Source: Nannocystales bacterium
Lineage (GTDB): Bacteria > Myxococcota_A > Polyangia > Nannocystales > Nannocystaceae
Reading direction: 5' to 3'
Assembly: GCA_050633305.1 (NCBI GenBank)
Contig: JBOEGF010000010.1
Span: 841,915 to 905,914 of the forward strand
Length of the DNA stretch: 64,000 nt
In this document: one piece after another, positions 1-11,040 of the stretch
How the letters are laid out: every line of letters begins with the position of its first letter
How positions within the stretch are numbered: position 1 is the stretch's first letter
Program-made: the position numbers and the translations under genes
The notes under the pieces: model-generated
The model's database searches: none
The model's input: only the letters and a program-made list of their open reading frames with translations
What the model was told of the DNA's origin: nothing

Positions 1-23
1 TGCGGCATGACGGTGACTCGGGT

Positions 24-908
24 CTACTTCACGAGACCAGCCACGATGGCCGGCAACTCACTCACACTCTCGACGATGTGATCGATGGCTCCGCCTGCTT
101 GGGTCTCGGTGACCCATTCGGGCGTATGGTCGTGTCGCCGAAGCACGATGGTGTCGGGCGCTTGCAGGATGCTACGGCCGCGCAGCGCGTGCGGGAGCGC
201 CAGGTCCAGCGAGAAGACGTCGCCGATGATCACGTCGGGGCGCTCTGCGAGGATCGCAGCGCGATACTCTGGGCGGTCGAGATAGATCTGTCGGCCGCTC
301 ACCTTCATGGCGTTTTGGGTCTCGCCCAGGAACCACTTCTTCGCCGAGCCACGGACGCGCAACGCGTGCCCCTCGTCCTCGCCCGCGTCGATGCCTGCGG
401 ACTGGAACCAGCTGACGATCTTCTCTGCGCCCGAGTTCGAGATGATCACGACCTCCGCACCGGCATCCTCGATCGCCTTGAGCAGCGCGGCAGCTTCGGG
501 GACGATGCACGGAGGGTGGGCGTCAGCGAAGCTGGCCGTCGCGGTTCGGAAGCACCACTCGCCGAATACGGCCAGCGTTTCGTGGCCGGCGTCGGTGACC
601 GCTTTCGCGTAGCGCTTGGCGGTGTCGCTCTCGCCCTCGTGCAGGACGCGGGTGAGCGCGCTCGCCTCGATCAGCGGGTCCTCGTCGATGTATGCAGAGA
701 TGCGTCCATCGGGCGCCCACCCGTGCTTTTCGGGGGCCTCCTTCATGGCAGCGCGGAGGACTCCGAGCTCATCGTGTGCTTGCGCCTGGGGCACGCCCGC
801 GAACTCGGCGAGCTTGTTGATCATCCAGTCGATCAGGAGAGAAGCTTCGGGACCCTGGTTGGTCCAGACGCCATCGAAGTCTGAGAGGATTTTGAGCCGT
901 TTTGACAT
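24..908 (-). CDS. HAD-superfamily hydrolase (probable phosphatase)
   Basis: Motif I 'ILSDFDGVW' near the N-terminus, motif II 'IISNS', motif IV 'IIGDVFSLD'. Start moved to ATG 908 (MSKRLKIL). Confidence 0.75.
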   Translation of the reverse strand: MSKRLKILSDFDGVWTNQGPEASLLIDWMINKLAEFAGVPQAQAHDELGVLRAAMKEAPEKHGWAPDGRISAYIDEDPLIEASALTRVLHEGESDTAKRYAKAVTDAGHETLAVFGEWCFRTATASFADAHPPCIVPEAAALLKAIEDAGAEVVIISNSGAEKIVSWFQSAGIDAGEDEGHALRVRGSAKKWFLGETQNAMKVSGRQIYLDRPEYRAAILAERPDVIIGDVFSLDLALPHALRGRSILQAPDTIVLRRHDHTPEWVTETQAGGAIDHIVESVSELPAIVAGLVK

Positions 909-1052
909 ACCAAGCGCGGAAGGTGCGGAGGGTATCAGCGCGGGCGACGACGCGCCTGACGCGGTCTGCGGCGGAAGCGGTCCCCTTGCCCCACAGCCCA
1001 CTGGGGCCCTCTGAAACCATCGCAGAGTCAGCTCACATGGTAGGTACGGCGC

Positions 1053-2096
1053 GTGTTTGATGCGCAGTCCTACGTTCGCCCCTTCGTTCTCGACGAAGCG
1101 GGTCTCACGCTACGCGTGCTCGATCAGCGCAAACTCCCGGCGGCGGAGGTTTGGACCGAACCAAGGGAGGTCGAGGCGGTGGCGGTGGCGATCGAGGACC
1201 TCGTCGTTCGAGGAGCGCCCGCGATCGCGTGTGTCGCGGCGCTCGGCCTGGCCGTGTGCGTGCAGGACTTTGACGACGACCCGGGGCAGTTCAGAATCCA
1301 GGTGGAGGCGGCGTGCGTCCGGCTCTGGAACACCCGTCCCACCGCGGTGAACCTGTTCGTCGCGCTGCGGGAGATCCGGGAGGCGATGGCGGGAGCGCCC
1401 GAGGATGCGGATGCGCCCACACTTCGGGCCCTGGTGCTTCAGACCGCCAAGGCGCATGCCGAAGGAGATTTGGCTTCGTGCCTGGCCATGGCTGGACACG
1501 GCGCCCCTCTGCTGCCGGACTCGGGAGCCGTGCTCACGCATTGCAACGCGGGCGCACTGGCGACCGCGGGCTACGGCACTGCGCTGGGCGTGCTGCGGCG
1601 CGGCCGGGAGATTGGGAAGCGCTACACGGTGCTCGCCGACGAGACCCGCCCAGTCCTTCAAGGTGCTCGGCTGACGGCCTGGGAGCTTCAGCATGACGGC
1701 GTCCCGGTGGAGGTCATCGCGGACAACATGGCTGGCGCCCTGATGGCATCGGGTGTGATCAAGGCGGCGGTGGTCGGTGCTGACCGGATCGCTCGCAATG
1801 GCGACGTCGCCAACAAAATCGGGACGTACACCGTGGCTGTGCTCTGCAAGCACCACGGGATTCCGTTCTACGTGGCTGCGCCGTGGACCACGATCGATCG
1901 CAGTTTGGCCAGCGGTGCGGACATCCCGATCGAGGAGCGCAATCCGAGGGAGGTCAGGGTCCACGGCAGCACCCAGCTCACTCCGGAGGGCGTTGGGGTT
2001 CGCAACCCCGCCTTCGACGTGACGCCGGCCTCGCTCGTCACCAAGATCATCACCGAGACGGGGAACTTCGATCCCGGCCAGATCGCCGACGCTTGA
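1053..2096 (+). CDS. mtnA: S-methyl-5-thioribose-1-phosphate isomerase
   Basis: Motifs LDQRKLP, VRGAPAI, TRPTAVNL, LTHCNAGALATAGYGTALG, ETRPVLQGARLTAWEL, ANKIGTY, NPAFDVTP. Confidence 0.95.
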   Translation: MFDAQSYVRPFVLDEAGLTLRVLDQRKLPAAEVWTEPREVEAVAVAIEDLVVRGAPAIACVAALGLAVCVQDFDDDPGQFRIQVEAACVRLWNTRPTAVNLFVALREIREAMAGAPEDADAPTLRALVLQTAKAHAEGDLASCLAMAGHGAPLLPDSGAVLTHCNAGALATAGYGTALGVLRRGREIGKRYTVLADETRPVLQGARLTAWELQHDGVPVEVIADNMAGALMASGVIKAAVVGADRIARNGDVANKIGTYTVAVLCKHHGIPFYVAAPWTTIDRSLASGADIPIEERNPREVRVHGSTQLTPEGVGVRNPAFDVTPASLVTKIITETGNFDPGQIADA

Positions 2097-2751
2097 GTCG
2101 CTGCCGGGCGATACGCAGCGCGATTCGGCCGCCGTCGCGGAACGTTCGGAGGTGACTGTGTCCCGAGGCTCGGGCTCGTCGTGTGACCGGGACCTCGACG
2201 ATCTTTCCTCCGGTGCGGAGGAGCTCCAGCAGCAGGTCGACCTCGACGTCATACCCGTGCGCATCGAGGGCGCAGCGCAGGAACCGCTCACGCCGCAGGG
2301 CTCGAAAGCCAGCCTGGGTGTCGGTGAGCGCGGTGCTGAACAGCCCGTTGATCATGCCGGTCAGCGCGCGGTTGCCCCACGCGTGCAGCGGGCGAATCGC
2401 GTCGTCCTCGAAGTGACCCAGAAAACGAGAGCCGACGACCATGTCGACGTGGTCCCCGAGGGAGTCGAGCACGGTCGGGATGTCGGCGGGATCGTCCTGT
2501 CCGTCAGCATCCATGAACACCAGGATCTCGCCGTGGGCCTCGCGCGCACCTCGGCGGACGGCGACACCCTTGCCTCGATTCTGAGACAGCTGAACGACCC
2601 GAGCTCCGGCCGCTGCCGCCACGATCGCCGTGTCATCCGACGAACCGTCATCGACGACGAGGACTTCATCGGCGTGCTCCAAGCAGCCGCGGATGACCGG
2701 TCCAATGTTGGGCGCCTCGTTCAGCGCGGCCAAGACGACGGTGACGTTCAT
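2050..2751 (-). CDS. Glycosyltransferase family 2 (polyprenol-phosphate mannosyltransferase-like)
   Basis: VVLAALNEA, VVDDGSSD, NRGKG, MDADGQDDP, GSRF, TDTQAGFRA. ATG 2751 overlaps the upstream stop (ATGA). Confidence 0.9.
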   Translation of the reverse strand: MNVTVVLAALNEAPNIGPVIRGCLEHADEVLVVDDGSSDDTAIVAAAAGARVVQLSQNRGKGVAVRRGAREAHGEILVFMDADGQDDPADIPTVLDSLGDHVDMVVGSRFLGHFEDDAIRPLHAWGNRALTGMINGLFSTALTDTQAGFRALRRERFLRCALDAHGYDVEVDLLLELLRTGGKIVEVPVTRRARASGHSHLRTFRDGGRIALRIARQRLKRRRSGRDRSSPSR

Positions 2752-3878
2752 CCGCCCGACAGCTTGCGGAACAGCCACTCGGCGCCGAAGCGGTAGTTGA
2801 CCCGCTCCCAGAACCAGGCGGCGACGAGCGCGAGGAAGAAGAATGCGAACACGAGCACCAGCGAGGCGTTCGCACCGAGGCCATGCCAGAGGTCGATCCC
2901 CTCGATCCGGCTGAGCCGGCGGAACAGCGGCACGTGGAGCAGCAGGAGCGTGAGAGAGATACGCCCCAGTGTGACCATGGGGTTGCGGCTGCTCATCGAG
3001 CGCCGGTTCTCGTAGGCGCTGACGCCCGCGATCAGCACAAGCGCGCCGCCCAGCAGAAGACCGGCGATCGCGATGCTGGCCGGGAAGAACCCCAAGTGCA
3101 ACTCGAAGGCGCGGTGCAGGTAGACGTTGGACTTGGGGAGGACGCCAGCGTTGAGGAGCGCATGGCCGCCCCCGCCCAGTGCCATGAACGACAGGCCGAG
3201 CGCTGCAACTCGTCCGGTCTTGTCTTGCAGGAGCCACCGGCCCGAGGCGAACCCTGCCAGGTAGAAGGTCAGCCACGGAAGGATGGGGAACTGGCTCTCG
3301 GCGAGCGCGAGCCGGAACACGCCACCGGGGCGGGATGTGTCGCGCATGAACGGATTGTTCACCGCCATCGGCGTGTCGAGCCAGACCCGCACGAGCACGG
3401 TCGTGACCAGCACGGCGCCGCAAACACCGAGGAGCGCCCGACTGGAGAGGCGTCGCCACAGCGGGGTGAGGGCCATCGCGAACCCCATCATGTGGAGGAC
3501 GAACCAGCTCCCCCAGGAAAACCACCCCGGGTCGCTGGCGTCGATGACCGAGCCCAAGCCCTGCATGACCAGGTTCAGTGCGAGTCCAAACAGCATCAGG
3601 ACGAGGCCGCGGCGCACGAGGGTCTTGTCGGTCCCGGGGCGGCCAGCGGCGACGAACATCGCGCTGCCACACCCCGCCAACGTCACGAACAACGGTGCAG
3701 CCATCCCGCCCAGCGCGTTGAACCCAACCAGCTGGGGGTAGTCCATCACGCTGCGGCCTGGTTCTGGCCCTTCCCAGACCCAGATGCCGACGTGCTGCTC
3801 GATCATGAGAAACACAGCAAGGCCTCGGAGCGCGTCGAGGGCGAGACGACGGCGCGGCTTGGGCGAAGCGTCGGTCAT
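2748..3878 (-). CDS. Multi-pass membrane protein, DUF1624 / heparan-alpha-glucosaminide N-acetyltransferase-like
   Basis: N-terminal 'RLALDALRGLAVFLMIEQH', 'APLFVTLAG', 'FPILPWL', about 10 hydrophobic segments. Confidence 0.75.
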   Translation of the reverse strand: MTDASPKPRRRLALDALRGLAVFLMIEQHVGIWVWEGPEPGRSVMDYPQLVGFNALGGMAAPLFVTLAGCGSAMFVAAGRPGTDKTLVRRGLVLMLFGLALNLVMQGLGSVIDASDPGWFSWGSWFVLHMMGFAMALTPLWRRLSSRALLGVCGAVLVTTVLVRVWLDTPMAVNNPFMRDTSRPGGVFRLALAESQFPILPWLTFYLAGFASGRWLLQDKTGRVAALGLSFMALGGGGHALLNAGVLPKSNVYLHRAFELHLGFFPASIAIAGLLLGGALVLIAGVSAYENRRSMSSRNPMVTLGRISLTLLLLHVPLFRRLSRIEGIDLWHGLGANASLVLVFAFFFLALVAAWFWERVNYRFGAEWLFRKLSGG

Positions 3879-3927
3879 CGGTTCGCGGAGCGTACCTCGG
3901 CTGTGCTTGGTACAACCACATACGGTC

Positions 3928-5148
3928 ATGATTTTTCATGTCGACATGGACGCGTTCTACGCGTCGGTCGAGGTCCGAGACGACCCATCTCTCCGGGGCA
4001 AACCCGTGCTTGTCGGAGGAGAAGGCAATCGCGGAGTCGTATGCGCTGCGAGCTACGAGGCTCGAGAGTTTGGCTGTCGCTCTGCACAACCGATGGCGGT
4101 CGCGGTCCGGCGCTGTCCGCATGCCGTGGTCTTGCCCCCCCGGTTCGAGGTCTACTCCGAAGCCTCAGCCCAGGTGTTCGACGTGTTCGACCGCTACTCC
4201 CCGGTGGTCGAGGGTCTGAGTATCGACGAGGCGTTTCTCGACATGACCGGGTCTCAGCGATTGCTTGGGACGCCTCGAATCGCCGCCGAGGCGCTGCGGG
4301 GCGAAGTGGTCGAGGCGACTGGCGGTCTGACCTGCACGGTGGGTATTTCGGCGGTGAAGTTCATCTCCAAGATCGCCTCGGCGATGAACAAACCCAACGG
4401 TCTGACGGAGGTGCCCGTGGGGGCCGAACTCGACTTCCTGGCGCCGCTTCCGATCAGCAAGCTGTGGGGCGTAGGGCCGAAGACCCAGGAGCGGCTGCAT
4501 GAGCTGGGCGTGAAGGTTGTCGGGGACCTGAGGCGATTCGACCTCGAGATGTTCGTCCGACGCTTCGGCGAGCACGGAGCTCATCTGCACGCGCTGGCCC
4601 ACGCCCGGGACCCGCGACGCGTGGAGTCCGGTCGAGAACGCAAGAGCATCAGTCACGAAGACACCTATCACCAGGACGTGATGGGACGTGAGGCGTTACG
4701 GGCCAAGTTGCTCTCTCAAGCGACTCGGGTCGCGGACCGGCTCGTTCGCAAGAACCTGGTCGGCGGCAAGGTTCAGCTAAAGATCCGAGATACGGACTTC
4801 AAGACACAGACGCGGCAGTGCACGTTGTCGGTGCCGACCAACCAGGCGAAGACGATCTACGCGGAGGCGTGCCGCTTGCTCGATGGACTCGACCTCGACC
4901 GTCGGCGCTTTCGGCTGACAGGGGTTGGCATCGGGGAGCTTCGAGGGGAGGGCACAGGGGCACCGCAGCAACTCGACCTCCTCTCGGCGGTGGCCGAGCC
5001 CGAGGAGGACAAGAACGCCCAGCTTCAGGCCGTGCTGACTGCCGTTCGTGGCCGTTTCGGACACGAGGCGCTCTTTCCCGCGGCGGCGGGCCGAGTGGAG
5101 CGGGCGGGTGCGACCGGCGCGACGAGCAAGACGCTCGATGAGGAGTGA
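3928..5148 (+). CDS. dinB: DNA polymerase IV (Y family)
   Basis: HVDMDAFYASVE, AASYEAR, SIDEAFLD, KIASAMNKPNG, LWGVGPKT, RKSISHE. Confidence 0.95.
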   Translation: MIFHVDMDAFYASVEVRDDPSLRGKPVLVGGEGNRGVVCAASYEAREFGCRSAQPMAVAVRRCPHAVVLPPRFEVYSEASAQVFDVFDRYSPVVEGLSIDEAFLDMTGSQRLLGTPRIAAEALRGEVVEATGGLTCTVGISAVKFISKIASAMNKPNGLTEVPVGAELDFLAPLPISKLWGVGPKTQERLHELGVKVVGDLRRFDLEMFVRRFGEHGAHLHALAHARDPRRVESGRERKSISHEDTYHQDVMGREALRAKLLSQATRVADRLVRKNLVGGKVQLKIRDTDFKTQTRQCTLSVPTNQAKTIYAEACRLLDGLDLDRRRFRLTGVGIGELRGEGTGAPQQLDLLSAVAEPEEDKNAQLQAVLTAVRGRFGHEALFPAAAGRVERAGATGATSKTLDEE

Positions 5149-5154
5149 CGCCGC

Positions 5155-6185
<1,031 letters not shown>

Positions 6186-6189
<4 letters not shown>

Positions 6190-6791
6190 GCGACGAAAAC
6201 AGGACACGGAATCGTGCTCAGTTCGCCAATGAGGGGGGCGTGGACGATCCCGACTCCCAGCCCAGCGAGCCGTTGGCCGACCTCGCGGGCGTATTTCGGG
6301 ACCACCACGGGTTCGTTTGGCGCAGTTTGGTGCATCTCGGTCTGCCCACGGCCACCGTCGACGATGCCCTGCAGGACGTGTTCTTGGTCGTTCACCGCCG
6401 CATCGGTCACTTCGACGGGCGAACCTCGATTCGGAACTGGCTGTACGGAATCACGCGCCGGGTGGCCAGCGAGTACCGTCGCGGAACCCGGCGCGCGATT
6501 CGTCGACTCGAAGTTGTTCGCGATCCCGACACTCATGCGGACCCGGAGGGCCTCGCGAACCGAATCTCGGCGGCCGACGCGGTCGCGAAGGTGTTGGACA
6601 CGCTCGATGAGGACAAACGAGAGGTTTTCGTGTTGGCCGAAGTCGAGGGGATGACGTCGGTTGAGATCGCCGAAGCGCTGCAAACGAACGTCAACACGAT
6701 CTATGGGCGTCTACGTGCCGCTCGCCTGCATTTTGCTCGGGCCCTCAAGCGCGAGCAGGCGCGCGCGGGTCGCCAGGAGAGACAACGATGA
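6186..6791 (+). CDS. ECF-family RNA polymerase sigma factor
   Basis: Region 2 '[14 protein letters not shown]...RNWLYGI' and region 4 '[21 protein letters not shown]...[11 protein letters not shown]'. Confidence 0.92.
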
Positions 6792-7561
6792 ACGAGAACG
6801 AACGCGCTGCACTCGCGGAGTACCGTGGCTCGCTGGGGAGGAAGCAGCCCGAACAGGACCGGGACTGGGCTCGTCTCGTGAGCAAGATCGAGGCCGGTGC
6901 GCAGCCGCTTTCGGTGGAGCTTGAGGCGCGCCCGCGACGTCGATGGCTTCCGTGGGGACTTGGCGCGGCGGTTGCGGTCCTGAGCGCCGTGTGGGCGTGG
7001 CCGGAGCCCGAGCCGGCCGACGCCGCTCATCGACCCGGCGGAGCCCAGGCGGCATATGGGGCCGGGGAACAGACGTCTTCGGCCTCGGTCCGCTCACAGT
7101 CCCTGCCTGTTCGTAGCGTGGACCCCGGACGACAACCTTCGACATCGGGCGCACCCTCGGTCGAGCCGGACCTCCCGCCGGCTCCCGTTCCGGCTCTCGC
7201 CCCCGAGGCGAGGCGGGGTATCGTGGACCGTCGCAGTCGAGCGCCGGCCTCCGGTCGCGAGGTCGAGCCCGCGGCGGAGGTTCCCAAGACCCACAATGTG
7301 GTCGCAGAGGCGAAGGCGCTGCGAGAGATTCGAGCCGCGTTGCGAGACCAGGACGGACGGCATGCGCTCGGGTTGCTCCGACGCTACCGCTCCCGGTTTC
7401 CAACCGGGGTGCTTCGGGATGAGGCGACGGTGCTGCACGCAGACGCGTTGTGCTTGGATGGGCAACGGGAGAGGGCTCGAACCATCGCGGCTCGCTTCGC
7501 TCGTTCGCATCCCCGCTCGCCGCTTGCCGGGAGAGCCCGGGGCCTATGCGAGGACTCGTGA
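6788..7561 (+). CDS. Putative membrane-anchored anti-sigma factor with C-terminal TPR-like helical domain
   Basis: ATGA-coupled to the ECF gene, single TM (WGLGAAVAVLSAVWAW), Pro-rich linker, 'YRSRFPTGVLRDEA...HPRSPLA'. Confidence 0.7.
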   Translation: MNENERAALAEYRGSLGRKQPEQDRDWARLVSKIEAGAQPLSVELEARPRRRWLPWGLGAAVAVLSAVWAWPEPEPADAAHRPGGAQAAYGAGEQTSSASVRSQSLPVRSVDPGRQPSTSGAPSVEPDLPPAPVPALAPEARRGIVDRRSRAPASGREVEPAAEVPKTHNVVAEAKALREIRAALRDQDGRHALGLLRRYRSRFPTGVLRDEATVLHADALCLDGQRERARTIAARFARSHPRSPLAGRARGLCEDS

Positions 7562-8067
7562 GCCGAGCCTCGTTGTTCATGCTGGTCGTTCTCGGCGGTT
7601 GTACGTTGACCGCGTCGTTGGGCGGAGACGCCGAGCAAGGAACCAGCGGAACCGGCGGCTCTTCCAGCACGACGTCGAGTTCATCGGGGCAAGCCGTCTC
7701 GGGCGTAGAGACTGGCCCGGGTCCCGGGGTGAGTACCACCGGGGACCCCGGGGCCTCCTCGACGGGGGGGAGTACGAACTCGGCCAGCTCGAGCTCCACC
7801 GGGGCGGTGGAAAACACGAGCGGAGGGCAGCCCATGGTGTGCGAGGGACCCAGTGACGAGAGCTGTCTAGCCTGTCTTCGGGAGAGCTGTTGCAGCGTGT
7901 TGGAGCAGTGTCTGAGCACGCCGTTGTGTGCCTGCATCCTGGGTTGTCTCGAGTTCGCGCCCGACTTCGTGAGCTGCGTGGACCTCCCAGCCTGTGCCGG
8001 GGGTCCAACTGCCGATGTGCTCCAGCTGTGTGCTGTGGGCGACTGCGGGCCCGCCTGCGGCTTCTAA
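7546..8067 (+). CDS. Cys-rich lipoprotein
   Basis: Lipobox VLGGC, Ser/Thr/Gly linker, C-terminal CxxCxxxxCC...C domain. Confidence 0.7.
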   Translation: MRGLVSRASLFMLVVLGGCTLTASLGGDAEQGTSGTGGSSSTTSSSSGQAVSGVETGPGPGVSTTGDPGASSTGGSTNSASSSSTGAVENTSGGQPMVCEGPSDESCLACLRESCCSVLEQCLSTPLCACILGCLEFAPDFVSCVDLPACAGGPTADVLQLCAVGDCGPACGF

Positions 8068-8160
8068 AAGAAACCTGGAAATCGCTTCACGGATCGGTGT
8101 GGCTGGCCCCCAATACCTCGTGTGACCGGTTGCGCACGAGCGCAGCGCGGAAGGGACAAC

Positions 8161-8757
8161 ATGAACAAACACCTACTGACTTCACTTGGTGCGATCTTGA
8201 CCGCGGGCATGCTGACGCTCGCGGGTTGCGACGGTGGTTCGGACGCCGCCGACACGGACAGCGGCACCGGTACCGACACGGAGGCCTCGGGGACCGACGC
8301 ATCTGCCTCCGCGTCCGACTCCGATTCCAACTCGGCGTCCGACTCCAACTCGGCGTCCGACTCCAACTCCGGGGTCGACAGCGACAGTGACGGAACATCT
8401 TCGACGACATCCGCTGGTACCAGCGGGGCCACGACCGGTGGTGCAGAGTCGGGGTCGAGTAGCGCCGGGACCACCGGCGGCGAGGACTCGGGATCCACAA
8501 CGGGGGGCGAGGATGGCTCGACCGGAAGTGATGCAGGGTCAACCGGGGAAGAAGTCGACGCCTGCATGGGACTTGAGCTTCAGCAGTGCTTCATGACCGA
8601 GGGCTGCACCTGGGAGGCGGCGGGCCCTGGCACGGGGGAGTGTGTCACCGGTGGCGGCGCTGGTGAGGGCGGCGGGGTGTGTGAATTCATCCCCGTCGCG
8701 TTCTGCGAGAGCACACCTGGGTGCACGGTCGACGGAATGGATTGCGTCGAGGAGTAA
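8161..8757 (+). CDS. Ser/Asp/Thr-rich Cys-containing lipoprotein
   Basis: Purine-rich GAAGGGA upstream, lipobox LAGC, SASDSN repeats, two C-terminal C...C...GCT motifs. Confidence 0.75.
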   Translation: MNKHLLTSLGAILTAGMLTLAGCDGGSDAADTDSGTGTDTEASGTDASASASDSDSNSASDSNSASDSNSGVDSDSDGTSSTTSAGTSGATTGGAESGSSSAGTTGGEDSGSTTGGEDGSTGSDAGSTGEEVDACMGLELQQCFMTEGCTWEAAGPGTGECVTGGGAGEGGGVCEFIPVAFCESTPGCTVDGMDCVEE

Positions 8758-8763
8758 CGCGGG

Positions 8764-9300
8764 CTACTTGAAGACGTTCTCGCGATAGAACTTGAGTTCC
8801 GAGATCGACTCTCGGATATCGTCGAGGGCCCGATGGCTCTGCCCTTTGGGTGGGGCCTTCGTGTCCGGGTACCAGCGCCGCGTCAGCTCCTTGACCGTGC
8901 TGACGTCGATCATCCTGTAGTGCAGGAACGCGTCGAGCTTGGGCATGTAGCGCGAGATGAAGCGGCGGTCCTGCCAGATCGAGTTGCCACACAAGGGCGA
9001 CGCGCCGGCTTTGCACAGCGGCTCCAAGAACGCGAGGGTCTGTGCCTCGGCCTGCGCGAGTGAGGTCGTTGATGCCTTCACTCCTGCGGTGAGACCCGAC
9101 TCCCCGTGGTGGTTGGTGCACCACTCGTCCATCGCATCGAGCACCTCGTCGGGCTGGTGGACGATGATCTCGGGGCCTTCGGCGACCAGCTCAAGGTCCG
9201 CATCGGTGACCAGCGTTGCGATCTCCAAGATCCTGCAGGTCTCGGGATCCAGGCCCGACATCTCCAGATCGATCCACACGAGGGGCGCGGGCGTCGTCAC
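8764..9300 (-). CDS. orn: Oligoribonuclease
   Basis: LVWIDLEMSGLD, MDEWCTNHHGESGL, LCGNSIWQDRRF, HYRMIDVSTVKEL, HRALDDIRESI. Confidence 0.97.
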   Translation of the reverse strand: MTTPAPLVWIDLEMSGLDPETCRILEIATLVTDADLELVAEGPEIIVHQPDEVLDAMDEWCTNHHGESGLTAGVKASTTSLAQAEAQTLAFLEPLCKAGASPLCGNSIWQDRRFISRYMPKLDAFLHYRMIDVSTVKELTRRWYPDTKAPPKGQSHRALDDIRESISELKFYRENVFK

Positions 9301-9661
9301 GGCCGCAGGCTAACACGGCGTAGATCCTCCGCCGGGAGCGGAGGCCGCGGCGGCGAGCTGTGAGAACGGCGTCGAAACGGAGTCTGGACGCGCCCCATGT
9401 GCACGACCCGGAGACCCCGGAGTCGACCGGGCCACCTTCCGACTCGTCGTCCTCGCGATCGCTGAACCTTGGGTCAGCGCCATCGACGCGACCGACCGCG
9501 GAGCATCTGAGGACAGTCGTGCGTCCCAGTCCGGTACCCCGGCCGCTCGACGGACGGTAGGTGTCCATCTGGGCCCGCGAATCGGGAGTTCTCGATTTTT
9601 CTTGGCGGGTACCGACACGAACTGACGACTCCGGTGTTGTTAGGCTCGCGACTGGGTTCTT

Positions 9662-10141
9662 TTGGCCGTCGACGTCGACAACCTCTACCGCCGGTACGGA
9701 CCGTTCGTGTTGCGGCGTTGTCGAAGGATGCTGCGCGATGAGCAGCAAGCGTATGAGGCGATGCAAGACGTTTTCTTACAAGTGCTGCGGCGCCGCGAAG
9801 CCATCGAGCCTCGAGGGCTGGGTGGGCTTCTGTTTCGGATCGCAACCAACGTCTGTCTCAACCGAATCCGGTCGACCACCCGAAAACCACAGTTCTCCGC
9901 GAGTGACATGCTTCATCGAGTCCCAGCAGCCGAACGTTACAGCAGCCAAGCCGAAGCGCGTGATCTGCTTCGGAGTGCGTTCGCCGATGAACCAGAGAGC
10001 TCCGCGACCATCGTAGCCTTGCATCTGCACGACGGGCTGACGCTCGAGCAGACTGCACGCTTTGTCGGCATGTCGGTGTCTGGTGTCCGCCACCGCCTTC
10101 GGGTCCTCAAAGCCAAGCTCCAGGAGCTCCGTGATGCCTGA
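9662..10141 (+). CDS. ECF-family RNA polymerase sigma factor
   Basis: LYRRYGPFVLRRC, AYEAMQDVF, LFRIATNVCLN, DGLTLEQTA...VSGVRHRL. Confidence 0.9.
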   Translation: MAVDVDNLYRRYGPFVLRRCRRMLRDEQQAYEAMQDVFLQVLRRREAIEPRGLGGLLFRIATNVCLNRIRSTTRKPQFSASDMLHRVPAAERYSSQAEARDLLRSAFADEPESSATIVALHLHDGLTLEQTARFVGMSVSGVRHRLRVLKAKLQELRDA

Positions 10142-10979
10142 GACCGTTCCCGACATCCTCGTAGAACTTCTCGCCCTGGGCGAACTCGACGACGCGGAAG
10201 CGAGTGCCGTGCGGGCGCAGCTCGAGGCCGAGGGCGACCCCCGACTCGACGAACTCGCAACGAGCGACGTGGAGGTGTTCGCGCGGTACCCCGCGGAGCA
10301 GGTCGTCGCCGAACTACGCGAGGCTGGGTTTCCGCCGCAACCGGTTGCCGAGGAGCTGCCCTCCAACGTCACGCCCTTGACTCGGGCGCAGGCGGCACCC
10401 CGGGCCCGAGTCCGACCGTGGGTCGCCGCAGCCGTCTCCGTGGCTGCTGCCGCTGTCTTGGTGTGGGCGCTGGCCTCGGGCGACGAGCTGCCGCCCGAGG
10501 AGCCGCCGAGGGTTGCGATGGTCGACCCTCCGACGACCTCCGGCGATCCGGCGGGGATCCGTACGAAGGGGGTTCCTCGCATCCTCGTTCATCGGCAGGG
10601 CGAGTCCGATCCGCTGGAAGCGGGTGCGGCAGTCCACGCCGGCGACATGCTTCAGCTGTCGTACTCGGGGGCGGGTGGCCGACACGGTGTGATCGTGTCG
10701 CTCGATGGGGCCGGTGTTGCGTCGCTGCACTTCCCGGCTCAAGCCGACGCATCGACAGAACTCTCGCGGGGGCTCGTACGACTCGAGTACGCGTACGAAC
10801 TCGACGATGCACCCGTGTTCGAACGGTTCTTCCTGGTCACCGCTCCCACACCGCTCGACCCCGATGCAGTCCTGTCAGCCGCGCGTCGGTTGGGGCAGAG
10901 CGAGGCGCCTGGTGCTGGGGAGTTGGAGTTGGCGGAGAGTTGGTCGGCTGTTTCGCTCGCGGTCAAAAAGTCAGACTGA
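10134..10979 (+). CDS. Putative anti-sigma factor (ActD-like; TM plus periplasmic DUF4384-like domain)
   Basis: Overlaps the ECF stop. N-terminal 'LVELLALGEL', one TM, 'IRTKG', 'GDMLQLSY', 'YELDDAPVFERFFLV'. Confidence 0.7.
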   Translation: MPETVPDILVELLALGELDDAEASAVRAQLEAEGDPRLDELATSDVEVFARYPAEQVVAELREAGFPPQPVAEELPSNVTPLTRAQAAPRARVRPWVAAAVSVAAAAVLVWALASGDELPPEEPPRVAMVDPPTTSGDPAGIRTKGVPRILVHRQGESDPLEAGAAVHAGDMLQLSYSGAGGRHGVIVSLDGAGVASLHFPAQADASTELSRGLVRLEYAYELDDAPVFERFFLVTAPTPLDPDAVLSAARRLGQSEAPGAGELELAESWSAVSLAVKKSD

Positions 10980-11040
10980 TTTCCGGGGCGACGTCTTTCG
11001 TGCCCACCGAACAAGTCTCGTTTTTCTTCGTTCGATCGCC

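Noticed and set aside
3879..3927. LexA/SOS box upstream of dinB
   Set aside because: No convincing palindrome or known LexA consensus was recognised in the 49-bp gap.
2752..4122. 690-aa ORF as a long GT2 fusion
   Set aside because: The N-terminal ~457 aa is an alternative frame over the DUF1624 gene and dinB. The real start is ATG 2751.
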